Positions 1 to 7,648 of a stretch of DNA of 36,598 bases are shown here, in pieces. The translations under genes and the position numbers were made by a program. Where the stretch lies: the IMG/VR virus record IMGVR_UViG_3300045988_086561, positions 1 to 36,598 of that record, one strand, 5' to 3'. This stretch comes from a virus. Below the pieces are notes generated by a model. It did not search any database. It saw only the letters and a program-made list of their open reading frames with translations, and had not been told where the DNA came from. Position 1 is the stretch's first letter. Each line of letters opens with the position of its first letter.

Positions 1-77
1 AGAAGCAAACATTATTCTAGCCGACCAGCCGGAAGGGGCCAACGTGAACTGCCAGAACTGCAAAACGATAACCGAAG
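1..77. repeat. Terminal inverted repeat, left copy (exact reverse complement of 36522-36598)
   Basis: Hand alignment of the window start against the reverse complement of the window end: identical for 77 nt, first mismatch at nt 78 (g vs a). Diverged homology then continues inward to about nt 1470. Confidence 0.9.
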
Positions 78-820
78 GGGGATATTCACTGTGCGAGACG
101 TGCGAACTGCGTTTCGCCGGCACGCTCCTGCGACTGGCGCGCGACGTCACGCCGTTGCATGACTCGTTGGACGCGACCCTGCATCCGGGCGGGCATTCGC
201 CCACGCGAATCCAGACCGCCACTCCCCCGACTCCAATCAGGCTCGACGTGCTCGACCTGATCGACATGCTCGACGCCACGGCCCGTGAACTATGGCGTTG
301 CCTCGACGGCATCGACGCCTTGGACTGGCGCAAAGACAAACGCAACGAGGATCTGAAGGCCACGCTCATCGCATGCGCAGGCCACCCCAGGCTCGCCACG
401 TTCGCGGACGCGGGCTTCTACATGCACGTCGTTGACGGCATCGCACGCAAAGTCGATGCTGCGCTGGACCCGCCGGAGCAACGCCGCGAAATCGGCACCT
501 GCGAACTATGCGAGACCATGCTCACCGCTGGGGCAGCAGACCAGTGGGTGACATGCCCGGTCTGCGGGAGGGAACAGCGAGCGCAGACGGTTAAACTGCG
601 TAGGCTCAAGACGTTGTGTTGGGATGATTCCAGGCGCGGGTCTGCGGCTGAGATAGCCAAGGTGTTCACGGACGCGGGAATCACCGTCAAAAGGCATACG
701 CTCACCGTGTGGAAATCCCGAGGCAAGCTTGATGTCACGCCCCAAGGCATTTCATACAGCAGCGTCTACCGGCTCGTCATCAGTGGCGGACTTGACAAAG
801 AGCTAACTGTGACCGCATAA
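44..820 (+). CDS. Zn-ribbon protein with C-terminal HTH-like region (putative regulator at the early/late boundary)
   Basis: GTG start after ggaagggg. Two CxxC...CxxC pairs (CQNC..CETC; CELC..CPVC). C-terminal SAAEIAKVFTDAGITVKRHTL resembles an HTH. About 90% aa identity to the 35797-36555 product over the first ~210 aa. Confidence 0.75.
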   Translation: MNCQNCKTITEGGYSLCETCELRFAGTLLRLARDVTPLHDSLDATLHPGGHSPTRIQTATPPTPIRLDVLDLIDMLDATARELWRCLDGIDALDWRKDKRNEDLKATLIACAGHPRLATFADAGFYMHVVDGIARKVDAALDPPEQRREIGTCELCETMLTAGAADQWVTCPVCGREQRAQTVKLRRLKTLCWDDSRRGSAAEIAKVFTDAGITVKRHTLTVWKSRGKLDVTPQGISYSSVYRLVISGGLDKELTVTA

Positions 821-840
821 TGTCAGTGGATTAGTGTCGA

Positions 841-867
841 AAAACCCAGCTCATGTGGCTGGGTTTT
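841..867. terminator. Bidirectional intrinsic terminator hairpin between convergent genes
   Basis: aaaacccagc-tcatgtg-gctgggtttt: 10-bp stem with A-run and T-run on either side. Equivalent hairpin at 35731-35759. Confidence 0.7.
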
Positions 868-874
868 CGCGTAT

Positions 875-1078
875 CTATGCTTTGTTTTTGCGTGGCCTTC
901 CTCCGCCGACACCACGTCCCGGACGTTGAGCGTTCCATTCATCGATGGTCTCAGGCAACCAGCCCCGAGTGCGGCCTATGGTCGCGTCGGGTTCGGGGAG
1001 TTTGAGGTTGAGCAGGCCGCCGCTGGTGATGCCGAGGCGTTCGGCGACCTGTTTGACGCCGAGGTATTCAGTCGTCAT
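875..1078 (-). CDS. Excisionase/MerR-like small HTH DNA-binding protein (67 aa)
   Basis: MTTEYLGVKQVAERLGITSGGLLNL.. is a typical Xis-type HTH. The aa sequence is identical to 35520-35723 despite ~17 nucleotide differences, all synonymous. Start chosen by homology with the right-arm copy. Confidence 0.8.
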   Translation of the reverse strand: MTTEYLGVKQVAERLGITSGGLLNLKLPEPDATIGRTRGWLPETIDEWNAQRPGRGVGGGRPRKNKA

Positions 1079-1238
1079 TGTTGCCTTCCTTGCCGTTGAT
1101 GATTCCGGCCGCAAGGCCCATGATTCCGGCCGCGAGACCGAAGCCGCCAGATACTATCGGGCTGTCGGATAGCGCGCCGCCCAAGGCCATGGCTCCGAAC
1201 GTCAGGGCCACGATTCCGAAAATCAGTGATGTTCTCAT
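1068..1238 (-). CDS. 56-aa hydrophobic (two predicted TM) peptide with acidic C-terminus
   Basis: MRTSLIFGIVALTFGAMALGG...GLAAGIMGLAAGIINGKEGNNDD. Its end overlaps the HTH gene start (ATGACGACTGA). Conserved copy at 35360-35530. Confidence 0.6.
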   Translation of the reverse strand: MRTSLIFGIVALTFGAMALGGALSDSPIVSGGFGLAAGIMGLAAGIINGKEGNNDD

Positions 1239-1270
1239 GATGTGTTTCCGATGAGATAGGATTGGCGGGG

Positions 1271-1301
1271 AGGTTCCGGCTAGTAGGGTTAGCCGGAACC
1301 T
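1271..1301 (-). other. Intercistronic 12-bp stem-loop between the two peptide genes
   Basis: aggttccggcta-gtagggt-tagccggaacct. The same stem with a different loop occurs at 35297-35327 (stem conserved, loop free). No U-run follows. Confidence 0.5.
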
Positions 1302-1304
1302 GTT

Positions 1305-1412
1305 TTACTTCTTGTGCTTCGGTCTTCGTCTGATTGCGATGATTATGGCTATCGCGGCGAGGACGTTGGCGATGATGCCGTTGATGACATCGAACCAATC
1401 CTTTGGATTCAT
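1305..1412 (-). CDS. 35-aa single-TM peptide with basic C-terminus
   Basis: MNPKDWFDVINGIIANVLAAIAIIIAIRRRPKHKK. Strong RBS gaaaggagg upstream. Conserved copy at 35186-35293. Confidence 0.6.
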   Translation of the reverse strand: MNPKDWFDVINGIIANVLAAIAIIIAIRRRPKHKK

Positions 1413-1431
1413 CGGACCTCCTTTCTGCTGA

Positions 1432-1467
1432 CATATCTATAGTAACACAATAACTATAGATATGCAA
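1432..1467 (-). promoter_or_regulatory. Near-consensus promoter overlapped by a perfect 12-bp palindromic operator
   Basis: On the - strand: TTGCAT, 17 nt, TACTAT, followed by RBS and the 35-aa ORF. Perfect inverted repeat catatctatagt (1432-1443), 9-nt spacer, actatagatatg (1453-1464). AT-rich island in GC-rich DNA. Conserved at 35129-35164. Confidence 0.6.
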
Positions 1468-1516
1468 GCCGGGGACACCAAGACACGCCAACGGACACAA
1501 TGACTGCGAGGCATAC

Positions 1517-1915
1517 ATGAGCTGGCGAGTCTGCTCGACACCCGGATGCCCGAACCTCATCGAGACGCCGGCACGCAAATGCGACGCCTGCGCTCGGGCC
1601 CAGCGGGACCGCGCCCGTACCCGAGGCCATAACCCCTACGGCACCAAGGGGCACCAATCATTCCGCAGGCAAGTGCTCGCACGAGACCCATACTGCACAT
1701 GCCCCGGCGACTCCGGACGCGGAGGCTGCGGCAAACACCACGGACTCTGCGGCAATCCAAGCACAATCGCAGACCATTACCCATACGAAAGAACCGAACT
1801 CATCGACATGCGACTCAACCCCAACGACCCGAAGTTCGGACGAGGCCTATGCAAACAATGCCACGATGTAAAAACCGGCAAAACAAGACCAGCAGGCTTC
1901 AACACCAGACAATAA
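1517..1915 (+). CDS. HNH endonuclease
   Basis: Cys pairs plus ..IADHYPYERTELIDMRLNPNDP..LCKQCHDVKTGK (H-N-H / CxxCH signature). Sits immediately upstream of the terminase genes, as in HNH-dependent cos phages. Confidence 0.8.
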   Translation: MSWRVCSTPGCPNLIETPARKCDACARAQRDRARTRGHNPYGTKGHQSFRRQVLARDPYCTCPGDSGRGGCGKHHGLCGNPSTIADHYPYERTELIDMRLNPNDPKFGRGLCKQCHDVKTGKTRPAGFNTRQ

Positions 1916-1953
1916 ACAGGAACACTGTGCATCACGACAAAAACAGCCGGCAA

Positions 1954-1987
1954 CACCCCAGGGGGGGGGTGGGGTGACGACCACCCC
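1954..1987. repeat. G9 homopolymer flanked by inverted heptamers (candidate cos/packaging-region structure)
   Basis: CACCCCA (1954-1960), G9 (1961-1969), TGGGGTG (1970-1976), then acgac and CACCCC (1982-1987). The repeats allow alternative hairpins. Lies between the HNH and TerS genes. Confidence 0.45.
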
Positions 1988-2101
1988 GCTTGGACCGCCG
2001 GTGAGCTGTCTGTCGGGTGCGCAGGGTTCAAACATCGCTGGCGGGCCGCCGCGAGGGCGGTCTCGTCGATCTGTCGCTAGGGCGCAAGGCCATGACGAGA
2101 G

Positions 2102-2638
2102 GTGAACATCATGCCAAGTGGAGGCAAACGAGTACGCTCCGGGCCGGCCAAGGACCCGAACAGCGAGAAGAGCCGCAGACTTGGATACACATTGCAGAGC
2201 CTGCCGAACACCGAGTGCCGGATGAAGCCGCCGGAATGGCCCTTGGAGCCCGCCGATGACGAGCGCGTCCGCAAACTTGAGGCGGAGAAGTGGAAGTGGC
2301 TGTGGAAGCTGCCTCAGGCACGCGCCTGGCATCTGCCCCAGTTCAAGTGGATGATTCACGAACTGGCGTTGTACGCGCGGCTTTCCACCGCATGCGAGAT
2401 CGCGCCGGCACCCACGGCGTTGACCGTGCTGCTGCGCATCTCCGACCGCGTCGGCATGAGCGCCGCCGGATTGCAGGCATTAGGCTGGAAAATCGAAGCG
2501 GAGGCCGAGCGGAAGCCAGTCGATTCGGAGTTCACGCGCCGCAGGGCCAAGGAGCTGAACCAGGAATCAGCCGCCGAACGCTCTCCCATGGACGAGACGA
2601 AGCATGTGTACCAGCGTCGGATGAGCGGCAATGGCTGA
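2102..2638 (+). CDS. terS: Terminase small subunit (P27-like)
   Basis: Position between HNH and TerL. ..KPPEWPLEPADDE..KWKWLWKLPQARAW..ELALYARLS.. matches the P27-family pattern. The start could instead be the ATG at 2111. Confidence 0.65.
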   Translation: MNIMPSGGKRVRSGPAKDPNSEKSRRLGYTLQSLPNTECRMKPPEWPLEPADDERVRKLEAEKWKWLWKLPQARAWHLPQFKWMIHELALYARLSTACEIAPAPTALTVLLRISDRVGMSAAGLQALGWKIEAEAERKPVDSEFTRRRAKELNQESAAERSPMDETKHVYQRRMSGNG

Positions 2639-3755
2639 CGAGGATTCATGGCTCATCGACTTCCCCACGTTGGGGCATCTGGTGTGCGCGTGGATCGAAC
2701 GTCACTGCCGGCAGCCTGACGGCCCGTTGCGAGGCCGTCCGGTGGTGCTGTCCGACTGGCAGTACTGGCTGGCGGCGAACCGTTGGCGCATCCGCGAGGA
2801 CGCCCCATATGTGCCGCCCGAGGAAGTCACCGTCGACAATCCGATGGTGCTCAATCAGGCGTTCACCTATCGAATGACGTTGACCGTCGGACCGCAGAAA
2901 TGGGGCAAGGGGCCATGCACGGCGTTCTTCACCGCCGCCGAGGGCTGCGGGCCCACCATCTTCGATGGCTGGGCACAGGAAGGCGACGTGTACCGGTGCG
3001 CCGACAACGGCTGCCCGTGCGGCTGGGAGTGGCCGTACAATCCGGGCGAGCCGAAAGGCCGTCGGCATCCGTCGCCGCTCATCCAGCTGACCGCCAACTC
3101 CGAGGAACAGGTACGCAACATCTACCGTCCTCTCGTGGCGACGATCCTGCTGGGCCCGCTCAAGGAGCTCATGCGCGTGAGGGACACCTTCATCCGCATA
3201 TTGCAGCCGGGGCGCGAAGGCGAGGCCGACGCCTTGGACTTGGATCGCATCGACGTGGTCACCGCCTCGGCGAAATCCCGTCTGGGCAATCCGATCACGG
3301 ACGCCGAACAGGACGAGGCCGGCCTGTACACGAAATCGAACGGCATGATAGCGGTCGCCACCACGCAGCGCCGAGGAGCCGCCGGCATGGGCGGCCGCAC
3401 ACATGCGTGGACGAACGCATGGGATCCGGGCGAGGACAGTTACGCGCAGCAGGTGTTCGAGAACGCCGAGGACGACGTGTTCGTGTTCTACCGGAACCCC
3501 GATCTCGCGAAATCATTGCGTCACCGCGACGGCCGGCCGTTGGACTTCAATCTGAAATCCGAACGCTTGAAGATGCTCGAATACGTGTATCGCGGCTCCC
3601 CGTGGGTCGACCTGAACTCCATCGAATCGGAAGCCAAGGCGCTGATGAAGACCGACCCGACCCAGGCGGAACGGTTCTTCGGGAACCGTCTGGTGCAGGG
3701 CGGCGGCGCATGGCTCGAAGACGGACTGTGGGAGAGCTGCTATGCCGGCGCATGA
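2631..3755 (+). CDS. terL: Terminase large subunit, N-terminal ATPase part (split gene)
   Basis: LSDWQYWL motif and a deviant Walker A (GPQKWGKG), parallel to PWQKWL / ARQNGKT in the right-arm TerL. Ends at a TGA 14 nt after the start of the next ORF. Confidence 0.75.
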   Translation: MADEDSWLIDFPTLGHLVCAWIERHCRQPDGPLRGRPVVLSDWQYWLAANRWRIREDAPYVPPEEVTVDNPMVLNQAFTYRMTLTVGPQKWGKGPCTAFFTAAEGCGPTIFDGWAQEGDVYRCADNGCPCGWEWPYNPGEPKGRRHPSPLIQLTANSEEQVRNIYRPLVATILLGPLKELMRVRDTFIRILQPGREGEADALDLDRIDVVTASAKSRLGNPITDAEQDEAGLYTKSNGMIAVATTQRRGAAGMGGRTHAWTNAWDPGEDSYAQQVFENAEDDVFVFYRNPDLAKSLRHRDGRPLDFNLKSERLKMLEYVYRGSPWVDLNSIESEAKALMKTDPTQAERFFGNRLVQGGGAWLEDGLWESCYAGA

Positions 3756-4398
3756 ACTCTGGTTGCCGAACCCGCCAAAAGGCACGCGCGTATGCGCGGG
3801 CTTCGACGGTTCGGAGAACGACGACTGGACATGCATCAAGATGGAGACCCTCGACGGGCTGATATTCACTCCCCGATACGGGCCCGACCGGCGTGCGACC
3901 ATCTGGAACCCGAAGCAGTGGGGCGGGCGCATCCCCCGCGCCGAGGTATCCGCAGCATGGGCGGAACTCAACGACCGCTACAAAATCGAACGCGCCTACT
4001 GCGACCCCGGCTTCCGCGACGAACTGTCATGGGAATCGGAGATAGAGGCATGGGACAGGGCCTACGGGCCGAAGAAATTCCTACCGTGGAGCATGTCGGG
4101 CAGCTCCCGCATCGGAGCCGTCTACGAGGCATTGCGCCGATTCGAAGCCGACCTGACCACACATCGCATCACGCAGGACGGCTGCCCCATCACCCGCACC
4201 CACATGATGAACGCGCGAAAGGTCGCCAAGACCCTGGAACGCTACGGGCTGGCGAAACCCCAACAGAACAGGAAAATAGACGCCGCCGTGACCAGCGTGC
4301 TCGCCCACGAAGCCGCATGCGACGCACGGGCCGCCGGCTGGGGCGCTCGCAAACACAATTACATGCTTACCGGATCATCGACCAGAAGGAGGTACTGA
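3742..4398 (+). CDS. terL: Terminase large subunit, C-terminal RNaseH-like nuclease part (split gene)
   Basis: ..VCAGFDGSENDDWT.. and ..KIDAAVTSVLAHEA.. acidic-residue motifs of the terminase nuclease domain. Frame is offset from 2631-3755. Confidence 0.75.
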   Translation: MPAHELWLPNPPKGTRVCAGFDGSENDDWTCIKMETLDGLIFTPRYGPDRRATIWNPKQWGGRIPRAEVSAAWAELNDRYKIERAYCDPGFRDELSWESEIEAWDRAYGPKKFLPWSMSGSSRIGAVYEALRRFEADLTTHRITQDGCPITRTHMMNARKVAKTLERYGLAKPQQNRKIDAAVTSVLAHEAACDARAAGWGARKHNYMLTGSSTRRRY

Positions 4399-5891
4399 TG
4401 GACTACAGCCAGCAGGAACTGTCCTCATTGGCGAACCGACTGGCCGATAAGATCCAGTTCCGTCGACCCAGCATCGGCACCCACACCGATTACGTCTTGG
4501 GCAAACGCGGCAAGCTCAAGTTCGCGTCCAAGGAATTCAAGCGCTACATGAGCGACCGGTTCTCCGACTTCTCCGACAACTGGTGCCTCCCCGTGGCGCA
4601 GGCCCCAGTGGAACGCATCAAGTTCAAGGGCTTCGTCCCTTATGATGACGTGAAGCTCGGCACCGGCATCATGAAATGCCTCGACCGCAACGACTTCGAA
4701 CGCGGACTTCAGGAAGCCGCGCTGATGATGACCACCACGGGCCGCGCGTTCGCTTTGGTCACGCAGGTCGACGGCAGGGCCCGCATCACGTTCGAGCACC
4801 CGGACAGCGCCGCAGTCATCTACGATGCGCGCACCGGCCAGCCGTCAGCCGGGTTCCTCATCCAGCAGGGCGACGACAAGGAGTACGGCACCCTCATGCT
4901 GCCCGGCTGGACGGTCAGCATGGAACGCAAGAAGATGCTCGATCTGACCGACCAGCGCGTGCCGCCCGACGTGTACGGCTGGAAGATGAATGACCCTCAG
5001 CCCACCGGTCTGGACACGATCCCCCTGCGCGAGTTCCGCAACCAGATGCTATTGGACAATGCGCCGATCAGCGACATCGCGCACGTCGAATCGATGCAGG
5101 ACACGGTCAACGTCGTATGGGCATACCTGCTCAACGCTCTCGATTATGCGTCGCTGCCCGCTCGTGTGATCCTCGGCGGAGACCCGCTCGTCGAGCCCGT
5201 CTACAACGAGGAGGGACAGCAGGTCGGCGAGAAGCCCATCGAACTCGACAAGCAGGTGCTGGAGCGCATCTACCAGTTCACCGGCGACAACGTGAACCTG
5301 GGCGAATGGTCAAGCTCGAACCTGAACGTGTTCATCCCGGTCATCGAAAAAGCGGTGGAGCATATCGCCGCCGAAACACGCACCCCCGGCCATTACCTGC
5401 TGACGAACGCGGAGGTTCCGGCCACCGGCTACGAGGTCGCCGAAGCCGGCCTCGTATCCAAGACCATCGAACGCATCAGCTTCCTGAAATCCCCCATCCG
5501 CGACATCTGCAGCATCGCCATGCGCTACGAGAACGACGTGGCCGAGGCGGACATCATCGCCGACTCCAAGGTGCAGTTCGCGACCCCGCAGTATCGCAGC
5601 GAAACCCTGATGGCGGACGCGATGCTCAAATACAAGCAGCTCGGCTTCCCGATCCAATGGGTCGCGGAGCAGATGGGCCAAAGCTCGGACGAGGTGCAGC
5701 GCATCATGCGCATGCGCGCCGACGAGATGGCCGACCCCGAACTCGAATCGTTGAACCGTGCCCTGCAGATCGGAGGCGCTGATGGCGGTCGAATCTCAGG
5801 TGCTGGCCTACAGTCAGAAACGGCTGGCGACCTTGGAGCTGACGGCGGACAGGGCCGCTCGCAGAACATGGAACAGGGTCGACGCCAATAA
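4398..5891 (+). CDS. Portal protein (SPP1 gp6-like)
   Basis: ATG overlaps the TerL-C stop (TGATG) and follows ggagg. Size (497 aa) and position fit a portal. The N-terminal 202 codons of the 699-aa track ORF are an out-of-frame run through TerL-C. Confidence 0.8.
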   Translation: MDYSQQELSSLANRLADKIQFRRPSIGTHTDYVLGKRGKLKFASKEFKRYMSDRFSDFSDNWCLPVAQAPVERIKFKGFVPYDDVKLGTGIMKCLDRNDFERGLQEAALMMTTTGRAFALVTQVDGRARITFEHPDSAAVIYDARTGQPSAGFLIQQGDDKEYGTLMLPGWTVSMERKKMLDLTDQRVPPDVYGWKMNDPQPTGLDTIPLREFRNQMLLDNAPISDIAHVESMQDTVNVVWAYLLNALDYASLPARVILGGDPLVEPVYNEEGQQVGEKPIELDKQVLERIYQFTGDNVNLGEWSSSNLNVFIPVIEKAVEHIAAETRTPGHYLLTNAEVPATGYEVAEAGLVSKTIERISFLKSPIRDICSIAMRYENDVAEADIIADSKVQFATPQYRSETLMADAMLKYKQLGFPIQWVAEQMGQSSDEVQRIMRMRADEMADPELESLNRALQIGGADGGRISGAGLQSETAGDLGADGGQGRSQNMEQGRRQ

Positions 5892-6993
5892 CATCCAGGC
5901 GTCGTGGAAGTCGATAAGCCGCGACTTCCTCACCCTGTTCTCCACGATCCAAACCAAGTCCGCCGAAACGGCCATCGACGCGAGCGGCATGATGCTCGCC
6001 GAACAGGGCGTCTACATCACGCCACACGCCTTGGCCAACCCGAACGCATTCGCCGGTTGGGCTCCGTCCGGCCTCGACATCGCCTCCTACTTCCAATCCC
6101 CCGTGTTCGCCGCCCTGCACGCGATACGCACCGGCAGCTCCCCGTTGGAGGCGTTGGAATACGGACGCAACCTGCTGGTAATGCTCACCTCTCTGGCCGT
6201 CATGGACACCGCCCGCCAGGCGGAGTCACTGGACATCACCAGCCGTCCCAAGGTCGGCTACATCCGCGTCGAATCCGCCACCTGCTGCGACAGGTGCATG
6301 ATATTGGCCGGCAAGTGGTTCCGATTCAACGAGGGGTTCCTGCGCCACCCGCACTGCCACGGCCGCCACGTGCCCTGCAGCCAGGGCATGGCCAAACAGC
6401 AGGGATGGATCAGCGACCCTATGGAGGGTTTCAAAAGTCTCTCCCGTGAGGAGCAGGACAAGCGCTTCGGCGCGAATTACGCGCAGGCCATCCGCGACGG
6501 GGCCGACATCTACCAGGTCGTCAACTCGAAACGCGGCATGCAAAGGGTGGGCAAAGGCTATACGGCGTTGACCACCAGCGAGGGCACCACACGATACGGG
6601 TGGGCCAGCATGCAATACGCGCAACAGTCCGGACGGAGGATGAAACGCCGCCTGTCCATCGACGGCATCTACTCGCTGACCGGAGGCGACCGGGAGAAGA
6701 CCATAGCCGCGTTGAAGGCCAACGGATATTTCGTGGACAACGACTGGCGCGGCAAGGTGCCCGAGATCCGCAAAAGCATGTGGCTGCACGACAACATGTA
6801 CCGGCAGGGGCGCGTCGAACTGTTGACCGCCGCCGAGAAGCGCGTTCAGACCGCGAAGCTCCGCTACGAGGCCGTATTGGAGGGACGCAACCCCAACGAT
6901 GGCCGCATGCCCCTCACCCCCGAAATCGCGGCCCAGTGCGAACGCGAATACCGCCGATGGGTCACCTCCGGCGGCCAGATTTTCCAGCAATGA
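5782..6993 (+). CDS. MuF / SPP1 gp7-like head morphogenesis (minor capsid) protein
   Basis: ..TCCDRCMILAGKWF..FLRHPHCHGRHVPC.. is characteristic of the Mu F family. Follows the portal. ATG at 5782 is preceded by ggagg (the alternative is GTG at 5758). Confidence 0.75.
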   Translation: MAVESQVLAYSQKRLATLELTADRAARRTWNRVDANNIQASWKSISRDFLTLFSTIQTKSAETAIDASGMMLAEQGVYITPHALANPNAFAGWAPSGLDIASYFQSPVFAALHAIRTGSSPLEALEYGRNLLVMLTSLAVMDTARQAESLDITSRPKVGYIRVESATCCDRCMILAGKWFRFNEGFLRHPHCHGRHVPCSQGMAKQQGWISDPMEGFKSLSREEQDKRFGANYAQAIRDGADIYQVVNSKRGMQRVGKGYTALTTSEGTTRYGWASMQYAQQSGRRMKRRLSIDGIYSLTGGDREKTIAALKANGYFVDNDWRGKVPEIRKSMWLHDNMYRQGRVELLTAAEKRVQTAKLRYEAVLEGRNPNDGRMPLTPEIAAQCEREYRRWVTSGGQIFQQ

Positions 6994-7016
6994 TCCAGCG
7001 AATCGAAAGGAAGAAC

Positions 7017-7631
7017 ATGGATCCCGCAAACCAGAACCAGAATTCGGACGACAACGAGGCCAAGAAGCCGGAGAACACCGGCGGCGAGGATTGGCAGTCG
7101 AAGTTCGAGGGCCAGCGGAAAGTCAACCGCGACCTCGAAAAGAAACTGAACGAAGCCTACGCCAAGGCCGACAAGGTAGACGAACTCGAAAAACAGATCG
7201 CCGCCCTGCAGGGCAAGGAGGCCGAATACGAGGCCGCCCGGAAGGAGCAGGCCGTCAAGGACGAGGCCCTTGCCGCCGCCAACCAGCGCATCCTCAAGGC
7301 CGAAGTCCGCGCCGCAGCCAGCGGCAAGCTCACCGACCCGGCCGACGCCCTGCGCTACCTCGACCTGTCCAAATTCACCGTCACGGCTGACGGCGGCGTG
7401 GACACGCAGGCCATCGCCGACTCCATCGGCGAACTGCTGGAACAGAAACCTTATCTCGGGAAAGCCGAGCAAGCACCCTCGGGTGCGAACATCACGCCGC
7501 CCAGCGGAACACGGGACGGCGACCGCCATCAGGGTCAGCTCACCCGAGACGACCTGAAAACCATGAGCCCCGCAGAAATCGTCAAAGCCCAACAGGACGG
7601 ACGACTGAAGGACCTGCTCGGAGCCAACTAA
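7017..7631 (+). CDS. Scaffolding protein
   Basis: Charged coiled-coil-like sequence (KKLNEAYAKADKVDELEKQIAALQGKEAEYEAARKEQ..) directly upstream of the capsid gene. RBS gaaaggaag. Confidence 0.75.
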   Translation: MDPANQNQNSDDNEAKKPENTGGEDWQSKFEGQRKVNRDLEKKLNEAYAKADKVDELEKQIAALQGKEAEYEAARKEQAVKDEALAAANQRILKAEVRAAASGKLTDPADALRYLDLSKFTVTADGGVDTQAIADSIGELLEQKPYLGKAEQAPSGANITPPSGTRDGDRHQGQLTRDDLKTMSPAEIVKAQQDGRLKDLLGAN

Positions 7632-7648
7632 ACGGAAGGAGGCCTTAA

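Noticed and set aside
3792-4397. N-terminal 202 codons of the 699-aa track ORF
   Set aside because: This is an out-of-frame run through the TerL nuclease-domain gene with an Arg/Pro/His-rich translation. The real portal begins at ATG 4398, which has an RBS and a stop-start overlap.
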